Assembly (NCBI GenBank): GCA_963809485.1
Contig: CAWEJX010000005.1
Location: 32,001 to 96,000, forward strand
Direction: 5' to 3'
Origin: an uncultured Acidobacteriota bacterium
GTDB lineage: Bacteria > Acidobacteriota > UBA6911
Length of the DNA: 64,000 bases
The notes under the pieces were generated by a model. The model searched no databases and was not told the DNA's origin. It saw only the letters and a list, made by a program, of their open reading frames with translations. Below are positions 8,553-18,908 of this stretch, piece after piece. A program made the translations under genes and the position numbers. Position 1 is the first letter of the stretch. Each line of letters starts with the position of its first letter.

Positions 8553-11075
8553 CTACTTTACAATTCGGGGAGTGACAAAAAACAGGACTTCCTGTGTGGT
8601 ACGTGACACTGAAGTATTGCGGAACAGGTTGCCGACAATCGGCAGGGAACCCAGCCCGGGAATCTTGTTTTCCGAATTGGCTTCCTCGTCAACCAGGATG
8701 CCGCCGATCACCGTTGTGCCTCCGTCGCTGATCAGAATGCGCGTGGTCGACTCGCTGGTACGAATGGAAGGCACTCCGTTGACCTGTCTTGAAAAATCGG
8801 GACTGTTGTTCTCAACCTTCAAATCCAGAACGATATTCCCCTCGTAGGTGATTTGAGGGGTTACGGTCAGCGTCAGGGCTGCATTCTGGAACTGAATGGA
8901 GACCGTATTGTTGGCGACAATCTGGACCGGGAATCGCAACCCCTGGGTGATAATGGCGGGGGCATTGTTCTGGGCGGTGACCTTGGGCTGTGAAATGAGC
9001 TTGGCCAGGCCCTTGGTTTCCCCTGCGGTGATGGCCGCATCCAGCAAAAATGTGTCGAAAATGTTGCCGATGGAAATTCCCAGGCCGCCGAAAGCCTTGG
9101 CGGCAGGGAGATTGACATTGAGGTTGCCTCTGTTGTTGGAGCCCACTCCGGTACTGATGGCGGCAGTGTCGCTGGAGGTCGATTCCGATGCGCCCCTGCC
9201 GGTATAGGGATTTCCGGCCGCAAAGGTCGAGCTCGGCGTATTGCTCGGGCGGGTCCCGCCGATGGTTCCCGAGGTATTGGGGCCGCCGACTGTGACGCGC
9301 TGGAGGTTCCCCTGGACGAAGCCGAACTGAACTCCTATATCTCGGGCGAAATCGCGGGTCGCCGAAACGATGCGGGCTTCGATCTCGACCTGCGGCTGAG
9401 GGACGTCCAGGGTTTCGATCAGCTGAATGAGCTTATTGAGCGAGGCCGGGATATCCGTCAGGACCAGGGAATTGGTGCGCTCGTCCACTACCACGGTGCC
9501 TCTCACGGTCTTCTGGTCCACGAGGGTTTTCATGAAAGCGTCAGCTTTGGCATAGTTCAGGCGCTTGACGCGCGTTTCCAGGTCCGCCGCCAGCAGGTTG
9601 GCCTTTTTGAGCATTTCCTGCTGTTTGGCTTCCTCCTGGAGTGTGCTCTTGCGGGCGATCCGCACCAGGCTGCCGTCGACCTGCTTGTCGAGGCTGTTGT
9701 TGATCAGGGCCGCGTCAAAAATCTGGTCCCATGGCAATTTGACGACCTTGATGGAGATGCGCCCCTTGATTTCGGGATCCATCACGATGTTGATTCCGCC
9801 TTCCTCCGCCATCAGCCGGAAAAAATCCACCAGAGGAATGTCGACCAGGTCCAGGGTCAGGGGCTGGCCCGAAAATCTGGAAGCGGGGGAGAGGATTGTC
9901 TTCGGCGGCACGGATATGGAGGGCTTGCCCAGGGCAGCCACAAGTTGCGGTTGAGCGTTGTCCTTTGCCGCCAGTTCCGCGGAAATCTCCGCCTGTTCGG
10001 TGCGCGGAAGCACGCGGACCTGCTGGATAACGGGCAGGGACGTTGTCGGCATCGGGACTTTTTCCGCGAATTCGGCAGCGGCCGGTTTTGAATTCCCGGC
10101 GGCCGGAGCCGTTTTGGACGCACCGGAAGGGGCAGCAGCCCGAGCTGGAGCGGCTGGTTTTTTCGCAGCCGGATCCGCAGGGGGTGTTTTGGGAGTCGGT
10201 GCGGCGGCTGCCGCCGCAGCAGGTTTGGTTTGCGGCTGTGTCTGCGCCGCCGCCGGCCCGGCAGCCGGGGAAGCCGATTTATTCGCCGCCGGAGCCGCCT
10301 CGGTCTGGGAGGGCTTCCTGGCCGGGGCAGCCGCAGTCACAGCCGGCGGAACATCGGATTTTTTCAAAGATGCCTGGGCGGTCTTCTCTGACTGCGCGGC
10401 AACAGGCGCTGCGACCGGCTCGGATTTGGCGGGCGCCGGCGCAGTTTGAGCTGCAACATCTTTGGGATCGTTTTCAGCCTGGGCAAGCGCCGGTTTCACA
10501 GCCGGTTGATCCGGCACGGTGCCGGATTTGTACTGCGCGGGCTTGAACACGATTTTCACGGAGGTGTTGTCGAAGGTGACCTGGTGGGAGACGAAATCAT
10601 CTTCGAGATCGAAAACGATCCGGGCGATCATCTGAGGAAGGCCCTGGAACTGTTGAACTCTTAACCGCTTCACGGAGGCGGCGTTTACCTTGAGGCGCGT
10701 GAACTGGACTTTGTTCAGTGTGTTGGGGAAATCCATGACCAGCCGCGGCGGGTTGTCGACCATGAATTCGTTGGGCGCAAGCAGGCGGTCGGTCGATACG
10801 GTGACGATGACTGTGCCGTCCTCGGTTGTGACCTTCACGTCCGTAATAGCGCCGGCCTTCAGGATCTCCGCGGATGCCTTGGCGTTGGCGACTTTCACGT
10901 CCGGGACGCCTGTCGCGCCGGAGCCTGGCTGAGAAGCCGCCGGACTGCCGGCGGTATCCTGGGCATGGACGAATCCTGGAATGCCGAATGCCAGGGAAAA
11001 GAGGAGGATCCCAACAGCCTTTCTGCCTGATGCAAAACTGACGATTCTGGTAAGCCGAATATTCATGCCATCCAT
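8553..11075 (-). CDS. pilQ: Type IV pilus secretin PilQ (AMIN domain, long Ala/Pro linker, secretin)
   Basis: NPPRLVMDF AMIN; PWDQIFD; QVEIEARIV; ENKIPGLGSLPIVGNLF; FFVTPRIV. Confidence 0.93.
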   Translation of the reverse strand: MDGMNIRLTRIVSFASGRKAVGILLFSLAFGIPGFVHAQDTAGSPAASQPGSGATGVPDVKVANAKASAEILKAGAITDVKVTTEDGTVIVTVSTDRLLAPNEFMVDNPPRLVMDFPNTLNKVQFTRLKVNAASVKRLRVQQFQGLPQMIARIVFDLEDDFVSHQVTFDNTSVKIVFKPAQYKSGTVPDQPAVKPALAQAENDPKDVAAQTAPAPAKSEPVAAPVAAQSEKTAQASLKKSDVPPAVTAAAPARKPSQTEAAPAANKSASPAAGPAAAQTQPQTKPAAAAAAAPTPKTPPADPAAKKPAAPARAAAPSGASKTAPAAGNSKPAAAEFAEKVPMPTTSLPVIQQVRVLPRTEQAEISAELAAKDNAQPQLVAALGKPSISVPPKTILSPASRFSGQPLTLDLVDIPLVDFFRLMAEEGGINIVMDPEIKGRISIKVVKLPWDQIFDAALINNSLDKQVDGSLVRIARKSTLQEEAKQQEMLKKANLLAADLETRVKRLNYAKADAFMKTLVDQKTVRGTVVVDERTNSLVLTDIPASLNKLIQLIETLDVPQPQVEIEARIVSATRDFARDIGVQFGFVQGNLQRVTVGGPNTSGTIGGTRPSNTPSSTFAAGNPYTGRGASESTSSDTAAISTGVGSNNRGNLNVNLPAAKAFGGLGISIGNIFDTFLLDAAITAGETKGLAKLISQPKVTAQNNAPAIITQGLRFPVQIVANNTVSIQFQNAALTLTVTPQITYEGNIVLDLKVENNSPDFSRQVNGVPSIRTSESTTRILISDGGTTVIGGILVDEEANSENKIPGLGSLPIVGNLFRNTSVSRTTQEVLFFVTPRIVK

Positions 11076-11076
11076 C

Positions 11077-11652
11077 CTATTGTGTCCTTAGCCGCTTGGT
11101 CACATCCTGGGTCAGCGTTTTTCCGGATTTCATTTTTGTTTCGCGAACCAGCGTAATGGAGTCGCTTTCTATAGCCTTGAGATAGCCGTCAAAAAGCCTG
11201 TCCCCTTCCCTCAGGAAATAGGCGCGCGCATCCGCTCCCCGCACCACGGCCACCCGGCCGCTGTCCTGAATGGAAACTCCCTGGAGCGTTGCCTGCGCAA
11301 TGTAAGTCCCGGCGATCCCGGGCGGGGCAAGGCCGTTGGCCAGCTCCTCGTCAACCGGTTTGGATCCTTTGCTGAGGCCGACAGGATTTAAAAACGGATC
11401 CCTGCGGTTGCCGGAATTGTAGCGGACCCCTGTGAAGTGAATCGGCGATTCCACCGCTTTCTTTATCGCCCCGACCGGGTCGATAGTGCCGCTTTGCTTG
11501 GTATCGAGCGCCAGGACCGGACTGAAAACGAGCACCGAGACGGCGAGCCCTGCCAGTCCGGCGGCTGCAGCGCAGCAGAGCCGCAGGCGGCGAGCCCGGC
11601 GGCATTGTGCTGCTTCCGAAGGCATAGGAGTCTGGTTCCAGAGGGTGATCAC
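11077..11652 (-). CDS. PilP-like pilus assembly protein
   Basis: RRDPF motif, YFLREGDRLFDG; lies between pilO and pilQ. Confidence 0.7.
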   Translation of the reverse strand: MITLWNQTPMPSEAAQCRRARRLRLCCAAAAGLAGLAVSVLVFSPVLALDTKQSGTIDPVGAIKKAVESPIHFTGVRYNSGNRRDPFLNPVGLSKGSKPVDEELANGLAPPGIAGTYIAQATLQGVSIQDSGRVAVVRGADARAYFLREGDRLFDGYLKAIESDSITLVRETKMKSGKTLTQDVTKRLRTQ

Positions 11653-12275
11653 AGCTTCTTCTCCTTCTTTTTACCCTTCACCGCTGCTTCCGGCTCCACA
11701 ACCTGGTCTTCCCTGAACACGAACGTGGTCGCCGTGCAGCTGGCATTGAGAGTTTTGGACCTGTCCACGGAATTTTCGAGGGCTTTGATGGAAATGGTGT
11801 CGACATCGATGATGCGGGTCGCCTGTCCCACCTTTTCGAAAAACAGTCCCAGGCCGTCGTAGTTGCCTTCCACCTCGATAAGGATCGGCCAGTCGGAATA
11901 AAAGGCGCGCGGCACCACCGGTTGCGGGGTGAATTTGTTGATCTTGAGGTTGCTGGACGCGGCCATCTGCTGCACGCTTCTCAGGACCGTCGGCGTTTCC
12001 TTTTGAGCGGGCAATATGCTTTGCAGCACAACCAGTCGCTGCTCCAGCTGCACCAGTTCGTCCTTGAACCGTTTGAGCCGGCTTTCGATTGCCGCTCCCT
12101 TCGCCACGGTCTTTTCCAGGCGCGCAACTTCGGTCTGGAGCTTTTTGTGCTCCTGGGTGAGGTCCTGCACAAAATACCAGTAAAAGGCAAATGACACGGC
12201 GGCCATCAGAACGCTGAAGACGGCAATCTGGGTGGACCGGGGAAGGCTGTCAAAGCGAAAATTTTTGAGATCCAT
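11649..12275 (-). CDS. pilO: Type IV pilus assembly protein PilO
   Basis: TM + coiled coil, LPAQKE, VEGNY..LGLFF. Confidence 0.9.
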   Translation of the reverse strand: MDLKNFRFDSLPRSTQIAVFSVLMAAVSFAFYWYFVQDLTQEHKKLQTEVARLEKTVAKGAAIESRLKRFKDELVQLEQRLVVLQSILPAQKETPTVLRSVQQMAASSNLKINKFTPQPVVPRAFYSDWPILIEVEGNYDGLGLFFEKVGQATRIIDVDTISIKALENSVDRSKTLNASCTATTFVFREDQVVEPEAAVKGKKKEKKL

Positions 12276-12279
12276 TCCT

Positions 12280-12849
12280 TCAATCCTCCTTCGGTCTCGA
12301 CAGGCTCGTACAGAGGAGCGAAAATTTGGCGGAGTCCTGCTCCTTCTGGCTTTCGATCAGCTCGAGGTCCACGGTTTGAAAAATGCCGCTGGCAGCAAGG
12401 TTGCTCATGAAGTCGGGAATCGTCTCGGTGTTGCGCGTGAATCCCGCGATTTTTACGAGATCTTTTTTCTGGGTGAGGTTGGTCAGCCACATCAGCCCGT
12501 CCTTCGGCATGCTTTGGATGACGTTGTTGAGAAGGAGCACCGGCCCTTTCTGATTTTCCTTCAATTTTTCGATGATCTCGATTCTGCTGAGGCGGAGCTG
12601 CTTCAATTCCTCGTATTTTTGAATCTCGTTTTCCAGTTCCTTAAGGCGGGCTTCCTCGGCGCGGAGGACTTTGCGTTTTTGCGTGCAGGCCTTGATCTGC
12701 TGGCCGACATAGAAGTACCAGCCGACCATGCCTCCCGCAGCCAGGAGAAAAATGGCCAGAAATATCAGCCCCATCCGGGACACGGTCGGTGTTGTGAATT
12801 TCGTGGGCACCTTGACCGTTTGATCTTTCAGCAGGTTTACCTTAATCAT
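12280..12849 (-). CDS. pilN: Type IV pilus assembly protein PilN
   Basis: MIKVNLL PilM-binding N-terminus, TM, coiled coil. Confidence 0.9.
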   Translation of the reverse strand: MIKVNLLKDQTVKVPTKFTTPTVSRMGLIFLAIFLLAAGGMVGWYFYVGQQIKACTQKRKVLRAEEARLKELENEIQKYEELKQLRLSRIEIIEKLKENQKGPVLLLNNVIQSMPKDGLMWLTNLTQKKDLVKIAGFTRNTETIPDFMSNLAASGIFQTVDLELIESQKEQDSAKFSLLCTSLSRPKED

Positions 12850-12856
12850 AACCGCT

Positions 12857-13918
12857 CTATTCCTCGGCGCTCCGCAGCGCCAAACCGATTGCGATCGCGA
12901 GATCCGGAGCACGATCCACGATCATGGAAGATGAGAATCGCTTTGGGTCGAAGCTTATTTTTTTGAACGCGTTGAATTTTTCGGTCGGGATATCGAACTT
13001 CTGTGAGAGCGTTTCTATCAATCCGGGCGTGTGTGCGGCGCCGCCGCTGACGATCATGCGGTCGATGCGGTCCACCGTCGTCGTTGATTTGAAGAAATCG
13101 TAGGTCTTCTGTATTTCCAGGCAGAGGATCTCGGTCACCGAATCGATGACGTGGCGCGCCTCGGCGGGATCGATGTTCTCTACCGGCTCTCCGTGCTTTA
13201 GCGCCTGGGCCTGGCTGTAGCTGAGGTTGAACTCCTTCTGCAGGAATTCGGTGTACTGGTGTCCTCCGACCCCGACATCCCGCGTAAACAGGAAATCGGT
13301 TCCCGAGACGATGTTGATCGTCATGGTGCGGGCGCCGATGTCGAGCAGGGCCACGGTATTCTGGCCTGCCGGCTCGTAGTTGGCCTCGTAAGCATTCTGC
13401 AGGGCAAAAGCGTCCACATCGATCAGCACCGGCGTCTTGCCTGCCATTTTGATGACGCTGGTGTAATCGGTGACCTTGTCCTTTTTGACGGCCACCAGCA
13501 GGATGTCCAGATTCCCAGTGCCGGCGTTTTCACCCAGGACCTGGTAGTCCAGGTTGACGTCGGAGATGTCAAAAGGAATGTACTGCTCGGCCTCCCAGCG
13601 GATCGATTCGGCCAGATCCTCGTCGCTTTGCACGGGCAATGCGATTTTTTTTACGATTACCGAGTGGCCCGAAATCGAGGTGGTGACGCGTCCGTTTTTG
13701 ATGCCCTGTTGAGTGAAGATGCGGCTGATGGCGTCCGAGACGGGCAATTTGGAGATAATCACTCCGTCAACGATGCAATCCGGGGAGAGCTCTTCGATGC
13801 CGAGGCTGACCAGCTCGAAGCCTCCTTTGCGGGCCGGACGGAGTTCGGCGGCCTTTAAACAGCTCGAGCCGATGTCGAGACCCACTGCCTGCTTGTTGCG
13901 ATTTAAAAGACTTAGCAT
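12857..13918 (-). CDS. pilM: Type IV pilus assembly protein PilM
   Basis: VGLDIGSS, EAEQYIPF, DVDAFALQN, AIGLALR. Confidence 0.95.
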   Translation of the reverse strand: MLSLLNRNKQAVGLDIGSSCLKAAELRPARKGGFELVSLGIEELSPDCIVDGVIISKLPVSDAISRIFTQQGIKNGRVTTSISGHSVIVKKIALPVQSDEDLAESIRWEAEQYIPFDISDVNLDYQVLGENAGTGNLDILLVAVKKDKVTDYTSVIKMAGKTPVLIDVDAFALQNAYEANYEPAGQNTVALLDIGARTMTINIVSGTDFLFTRDVGVGGHQYTEFLQKEFNLSYSQAQALKHGEPVENIDPAEARHVIDSVTEILCLEIQKTYDFFKSTTTVDRIDRMIVSGGAAHTPGLIETLSQKFDIPTEKFNAFKKISFDPKRFSSSMIVDRAPDLAIAIGLALRSAEE

Positions 13919-14092
13919 AGTTTGTGCGCCTGGATATTTAGGTTTTTCCGAGGGCCTTTGAGGGGGAGGTTAATTTTTTGATTCAGGGATTTCATACGAT
14001 ATTCCGCGAACCTCACCCTGCCCACATGCAGGGTTTCGTTACCCTTATCGTTCTGTTTGGCAATCCAATTGCGCTTTTTTCTGGATATTTCT

Positions 14093-14108
14093 GGTGACGG
14101 CGGTCACA
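14093..14108. promoter_or_regulatory. CRP/FNR-family-like palindrome upstream of pilM
   Basis: GGTGA-cggcgg-TCACA (1 mismatch to TGTGA-N6-TCACA), A/T-rich flanks. Confidence 0.45.
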
Positions 14109-14138
14109 AATACTCCGGATTGCCGGCGACAAAAGCTG

Positions 14139-14184
14139 AACGGTCAACGTTCAAACGTTGAAACGTTAGAACGTTCGAACGTTG
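14139..14184. repeat. AACGTT array (family D)
   Basis: aacggtcaacgttcaaacgttgaaacgttagaacgttcgaacgttg. Confidence 0.8.
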
Positions 14185-14391
14185 AAGACGGCAACCATGG
14201 ATCTGCCGCATGAGACCTGCAACCGATCTCCCCCATCAGGAATGTTTCGCCTCCCGCCCATTTATTTCACCCAAAAATTCATGGTGCAATAATAAGGATG
14301 AAGGCATTGGCCGGCCTCTGCTACTGCAGGCGGTTACGGATAGGGCGTGAAACCTGGAAGGTGGAACGTGGAATGTGACACCGGTAGCCCC

Positions 14392-14701
14392 TAATTAGTT
14401 TCTGTCGCGAAACTGGTTTGTGCCGCGTAGCGGCACTATGATTTTAGCCCGGCCTTTCAAGGCCGGGAACCATGGTACAGCGAGCAGCGCGTCGCGTAGC
14501 GACGCCTGAGATTCAGCCGTCGCTACGCGACGGAAAACTTAACTCCTTTCGATCCAGGCCTTAAAAGGCCTGGCTAAATTCAGCTGGCCGCTACGCGGCC
14601 TGACTCCAATTATCGGCTTCCATGTAATATCAAATATCCTATTGACGGTTGAAAAATTTGGCTTTTTCACAAAACCCGAGTTTCGCGACAGGAACTAATT
14701 A
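14392..14701. mobile_element. Family B 310-bp IR-bounded cassette with GTAG/CTAC REP-like hairpins, copy 1
   Basis: TAATTA-GTTTCTGTCGCGAAACT ... AGTTTCGCGACAGGAAC-TAATTA; hairpins gccgcgtagcggc, gtcgcgtagcgac, gtcgctacgcgac, gccgctacgcggc; near-identical copy at 42461-42770. Confidence 0.85.
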
Positions 14702-15097
14702 CATTGGTAACCCCCGACTCTGCCGGGGGACTCAAAGAGTTTGACAGCTCCGTATTTTGAAACGCTGAGAAACGCTGATAAAAGCGCGGACAAACACCGA
14801 TTTGTTCGGCGAGGGTCGGCGAGCAAAAGCCGAAGAGGCGCTTCCGATGGAGTTTTCTGCGGCGGCACTGTGGCAAACGCCCGGTTTCTCATGCCCTTCA
14901 TCTCCTTGCCGCACGGCGCTTGCCACAGTGCCGCCGCAGAAAACTGTCCAGCGCGGAGCGCTGGCCCCTGCGGGGATCGGAAGCGCCTCATCGGCTTTTG
15001 CCGGCGTAAGTCAGCGTTCAAGACCGGCGTAACTAGTCCAACCGCTTTGAGCGGTTCAAATCTTTCAAGCCTCCGGCTTTGCCGGAAGTACCTGACT
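14702..15097 (+). mobile_element. Family A element, full copy (inner loop orientation 2)
   Basis: Collinear with 7885-8277 except that the 43-nt loop is reverse-complemented. Confidence 0.8.
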
Positions 15098-15272
15098 GGG
15101 AGTGTTTGGCATGGATCCTGTTATTTTACCCAATATGGTTGAGTTGGCGGTTCCTGCCAACCACCTTCCACGTTCCACTTTCCACCTTCCACCCACAGCA
15201 TGCAGGCCGCTATTTCCAGACGATTTCCGTGCAAAAATGGTGAGATTATTGAATGGAAAACGCCAATTCCTC

Positions 15273-15301
15273 TTGACACGCTATCCTGTCTTAGATAGCC
15301 T
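15273..15301 (+). promoter_or_regulatory. Sigma-70 promoter of the rplM operon
   Basis: TTGACA-N17-TAGCCT about 50 bp upstream of rplM. Confidence 0.65.
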
Positions 15302-15348
15302 AAAAGATTGTTCTACTTGGTAGTTAACTGAGGGAGAGGGTGAGGGTA

Positions 15349-15777
15349 ATGAAGAGTTATATCCCCCAAGCGAAGGATATTGAGCAGAAGTGGCATGTTA
15401 TAGACGCCGAAGGGCAGATCCTGGGCAGGCTGGCCACTCGTGCGGCGCGGCTCCTCATGGGCAAGGAAAAGCCGATTTATACGCCCTTTCTCGACACAGG
15501 AGATCATGTCATCATCATCAATGCCGGCAAGGTAAAGCTTACGGGCAAGAAGCTGACCGACAAGATGTATCGTCATCATACCGGGTATCCCGGAGGATTG
15601 AGGGAAACGGCGGCCGGAGTTTTGCTGTCCAAAGATCCCGGAAAACTTGTGCGTGAAGCCGTGATCGGCATGCTGCCCAAATCCAAGCTGGGGCATGTCA
15701 TGAGGAAAAAATTGAAGGTGTATGCGGGTCCCCAGCATCCGCATCAGGCCCAGCAGCCAACGCCGCTGGACCTTTAG
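15349..15777 (+). CDS. rplM: 50S ribosomal protein L13
   Basis: [34 protein letters not shown]. Confidence 0.97.
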   Translation: MKSYIPQAKDIEQKWHVIDAEGQILGRLATRAARLLMGKEKPIYTPFLDTGDHVIIINAGKVKLTGKKLTDKMYRHHTGYPGGLRETAAGVLLSKDPGKLVREAVIGMLPKSKLGHVMRKKLKVYAGPQHPHQAQQPTPLDL

Positions 15778-15828
15778 TCCAAAGTGAAAACAACGGATTT
15801 TACATTTTGCGTCAAGCTAAGGAGTTGA

Positions 15829-16221
15829 ATGGCGATCGTTGAATACTACGGAACGGGAAAGAGGAAGAGCTCCACGGCTCGTGTGCGTCTTTTGCCCGGA
15901 GCGGGCCAGGTCACGGTCAACAAGCGCGACCTGAGCATTTATTTTAAAAGTGACACCCAGCGTACGGTGGTGCGCTATCCGCTCGCCGTTACGGACAACC
16001 TGGGCAAGTTTGACATCCGCGCCATCGTGAACGGCGGCGGCACTTCCGGCCAGGCGGGCGCCATCCGGCTTGGGATTGCCAACGCGCTTCTCGAGTTCAA
16101 CGCGGAGCTGCGGCCCAGGCTGAAGAAGGCCGGGCTGCTCAGCCGCGACTCCCGCATCAAGGAACGGAAGAAATACGGTCAAAAGGGTGCTCGCAAGAGA
16201 TTCCAATTCTCGAAACGGTAG
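15829..16221 (+). CDS. rpsI: 30S ribosomal protein S9
   Basis: [12 protein letters not shown] ... [19 protein letters not shown]. Confidence 0.97.
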   Translation: MAIVEYYGTGKRKSSTARVRLLPGAGQVTVNKRDLSIYFKSDTQRTVVRYPLAVTDNLGKFDIRAIVNGGGTSGQAGAIRLGIANALLEFNAELRPRLKKAGLLSRDSRIKERKKYGQKGARKRFQFSKR

Positions 16222-16237
16222 CCGGAGGAGGTTCTAG

Positions 16238-17333
16238 TTGGTTTCCATAACCATGAAGCAATTGCTGGAGTCGGGGGTGCATTTCGGCCACCAGACGAAA
16301 CGCTGGAATCCGAAGATGAAGGAGTACATCTTCGGGCAGAGAAACGGCATCTACATCATTGATTTGCAGAAGAGCCTCAGGCTTTTCAAGAATGCGATTC
16401 AGTTCGTGTACGAGCTGGGAGATGCAGGGGAAGACGATCCTGTTTCTGGGCACCAAACGCCAGGCCCAGGAAGCGATCCAGGAAGCGGCCCAGCGCACCT
16501 CCATGTACTATGTCAACCAGAGATGGCTGGGCGGCCTGCTGACAAACTTTGTCACGATCCAGAAGAGCATCAAGAGATTCCGCGAACTGGAAACCATGCG
16601 CGCCAACGGGCAGTACGACCTGTTCTCCAAGAAGGAAATCGCGCGCTACGAGCGCGAGCGGAAAAAGCTGGAGAAGAACCTGTCCGGCATCAAGGACATG
16701 GCCAGCCTGCCCGACGCCCTCTTCGTCATCGACACAAGGCTTGAAACGATCGCCATCAAGGAAGCCGCCAAGCTGGGCATTCCCATCATCGGCGTAGCCG
16801 ACACCAACTGCGATCCCGACGATATCGACTACATCATCCCGGGCAACGACGACGCGCTGCGCGCCATCCGCCTGATCACGGAAACGATTGCCCAGGCATA
16901 CCTGGAAGGCAGGACGGTATTCGAGGCCCAGCAGAAGGAGCTGGCGGAGCAGATGGAGAAGCAGCGGCAGATCCAGGCGCAGCAGGCTGCGGCCGCGCGC
17001 GAAGCGGCTGCCAGGGTTGCCGCCGAAGCAGCAGCCCGCAGGGCTGCCGAGGGCGGGGAGGCAGCGGAACATGCGGCGGGCGCCGCTGAGGGATCTGCAC
17101 CCTCGGGCGAAGCTCCGGCCAGGCCGAAAACCACGGTGCGTAAGGCACTCCAGCGAAAAGCCAAACCCAGAAGACCCGAGCCGGCGGTTCCGGCGGAAGC
17201 TCCCGCAGCTTCGGCAGAAGCATCCGCCGCTCCGGCAGAAGCCCCCGCTGCGCCGCAACCCGCGGATGCACCGGCGAATCCGCCGGAGGCGGAGGGAGAG
17301 CCGTCCGAAAACCAGAATCTCTCAGGCAATTAG
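16238..17333 (+). CDS. rpsB: 30S ribosomal protein S2 with Ala/Pro/Glu-rich C-terminal tail; one extra base near 16417-16421 splits the frame
   Basis: [15 protein letters not shown] in one frame; [35 protein letters not shown] in the next. Confidence 0.92.
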
Positions 17334-17370
17334 CCGGCGTTTCGATACACTTTTTATTTCTTGGAACCAG

Positions 17371-17406
17371 ACTCCGATTCCCGGAAAACCGGGAATCGGA
17401 GTTTTT
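17371..17406 (+). terminator. Intrinsic terminator/attenuator between rpsB and tsf
   Basis: Perfect 14-bp stem actccgattcccgg-aaaa-ccgggaatcggagt followed by a T run. Confidence 0.75.
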
Positions 17407-17482
17407 GCATGATCTGTGTGTGAGACCGCGCGCAGGTCTGCGGGTGCGAGGGTTTGAAAAAGAGCAAACCAGGAGGCATGAA

Positions 17483-18079
17483 ATGGCCATTTCCGCAGAA
17501 GCGGTAAAGGAACTCAGAGAAAAAACCGGCGTCGGATTTATGGAATGCAAAAGCGCCCTGCAGGAAGCGAACGGCGACATCGAAAACGCCATCGTGATCC
17601 TGCGCAAGAGGGGGCTGGCTTCCCTGGCCAAGAAATCCGGCCGTGAAACGAAGGACGGCCTGATCGGCTGCTACATACACAACGGCAAGATCGGCGTCAT
17701 GCTGGAAGTGAATTGCGAGACGGACTTCGTGGCCCGGAATCCCGATTTTCAGACGCTGGTGAAAGACCTCGCCATGCACATCGCGGCAAGCGATCCGCGC
17801 TTCATCCGCAAGGAAGATGTAACCCCGGATGTTTTGGCCAAAGAGCGCGAGATTTACGCCGAGCAGGCAAAGGCAACGGGCAAGCCGGAAAACGTTCTGG
17901 AGAAGATCGTCGAAGGGCGCATGTCCAAATACTATTCGGAAGCCTGCCTCCTGGAACAGCCTTTCGTGAAGGATCCCGCGATCAGCGTGCGCGATCACAT
18001 CGCGGCCCACATCCAGAAGATCGGGGAAAATATCCAGGTGCGGCGCTTTGTGCGCTACAAGCTGGGCGAATCCCTTTAG
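17483..18079 (+). CDS. tsf: Elongation factor Ts (short form)
   Basis: VKELREKTG..MECK.AL, EVNCETDFVA, LLEQPFVKD. Confidence 0.96.
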   Translation: MAISAEAVKELREKTGVGFMECKSALQEANGDIENAIVILRKRGLASLAKKSGRETKDGLIGCYIHNGKIGVMLEVNCETDFVARNPDFQTLVKDLAMHIAASDPRFIRKEDVTPDVLAKEREIYAEQAKATGKPENVLEKIVEGRMSKYYSEACLLEQPFVKDPAISVRDHIAAHIQKIGENIQVRRFVRYKLGESL

Positions 18080-18128
18080 TGCGGCGCCGGCATAACGCGG
18101 ACGGACGCAGATACAACAGGGAGGCGGC

Positions 18129-18860
<732 letters not shown>

Positions 18861-18908
18861 TCCCCGCTTCTTCGGCAGGCCCGTGCTTTGCATGGAGGAT
18901 AGAACCTG

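Noticed and set aside
10040-10520. DNA repeat within pilQ
   Set aside because: Low-complexity Ala/Pro linker coding sequence, common in PilQ proteins.
15106-15122. Sigma-54 promoter upstream of rplM
   Set aside because: TTGGCA is present but the -12 position reads GT, not GC; a good sigma-70 promoter lies closer.
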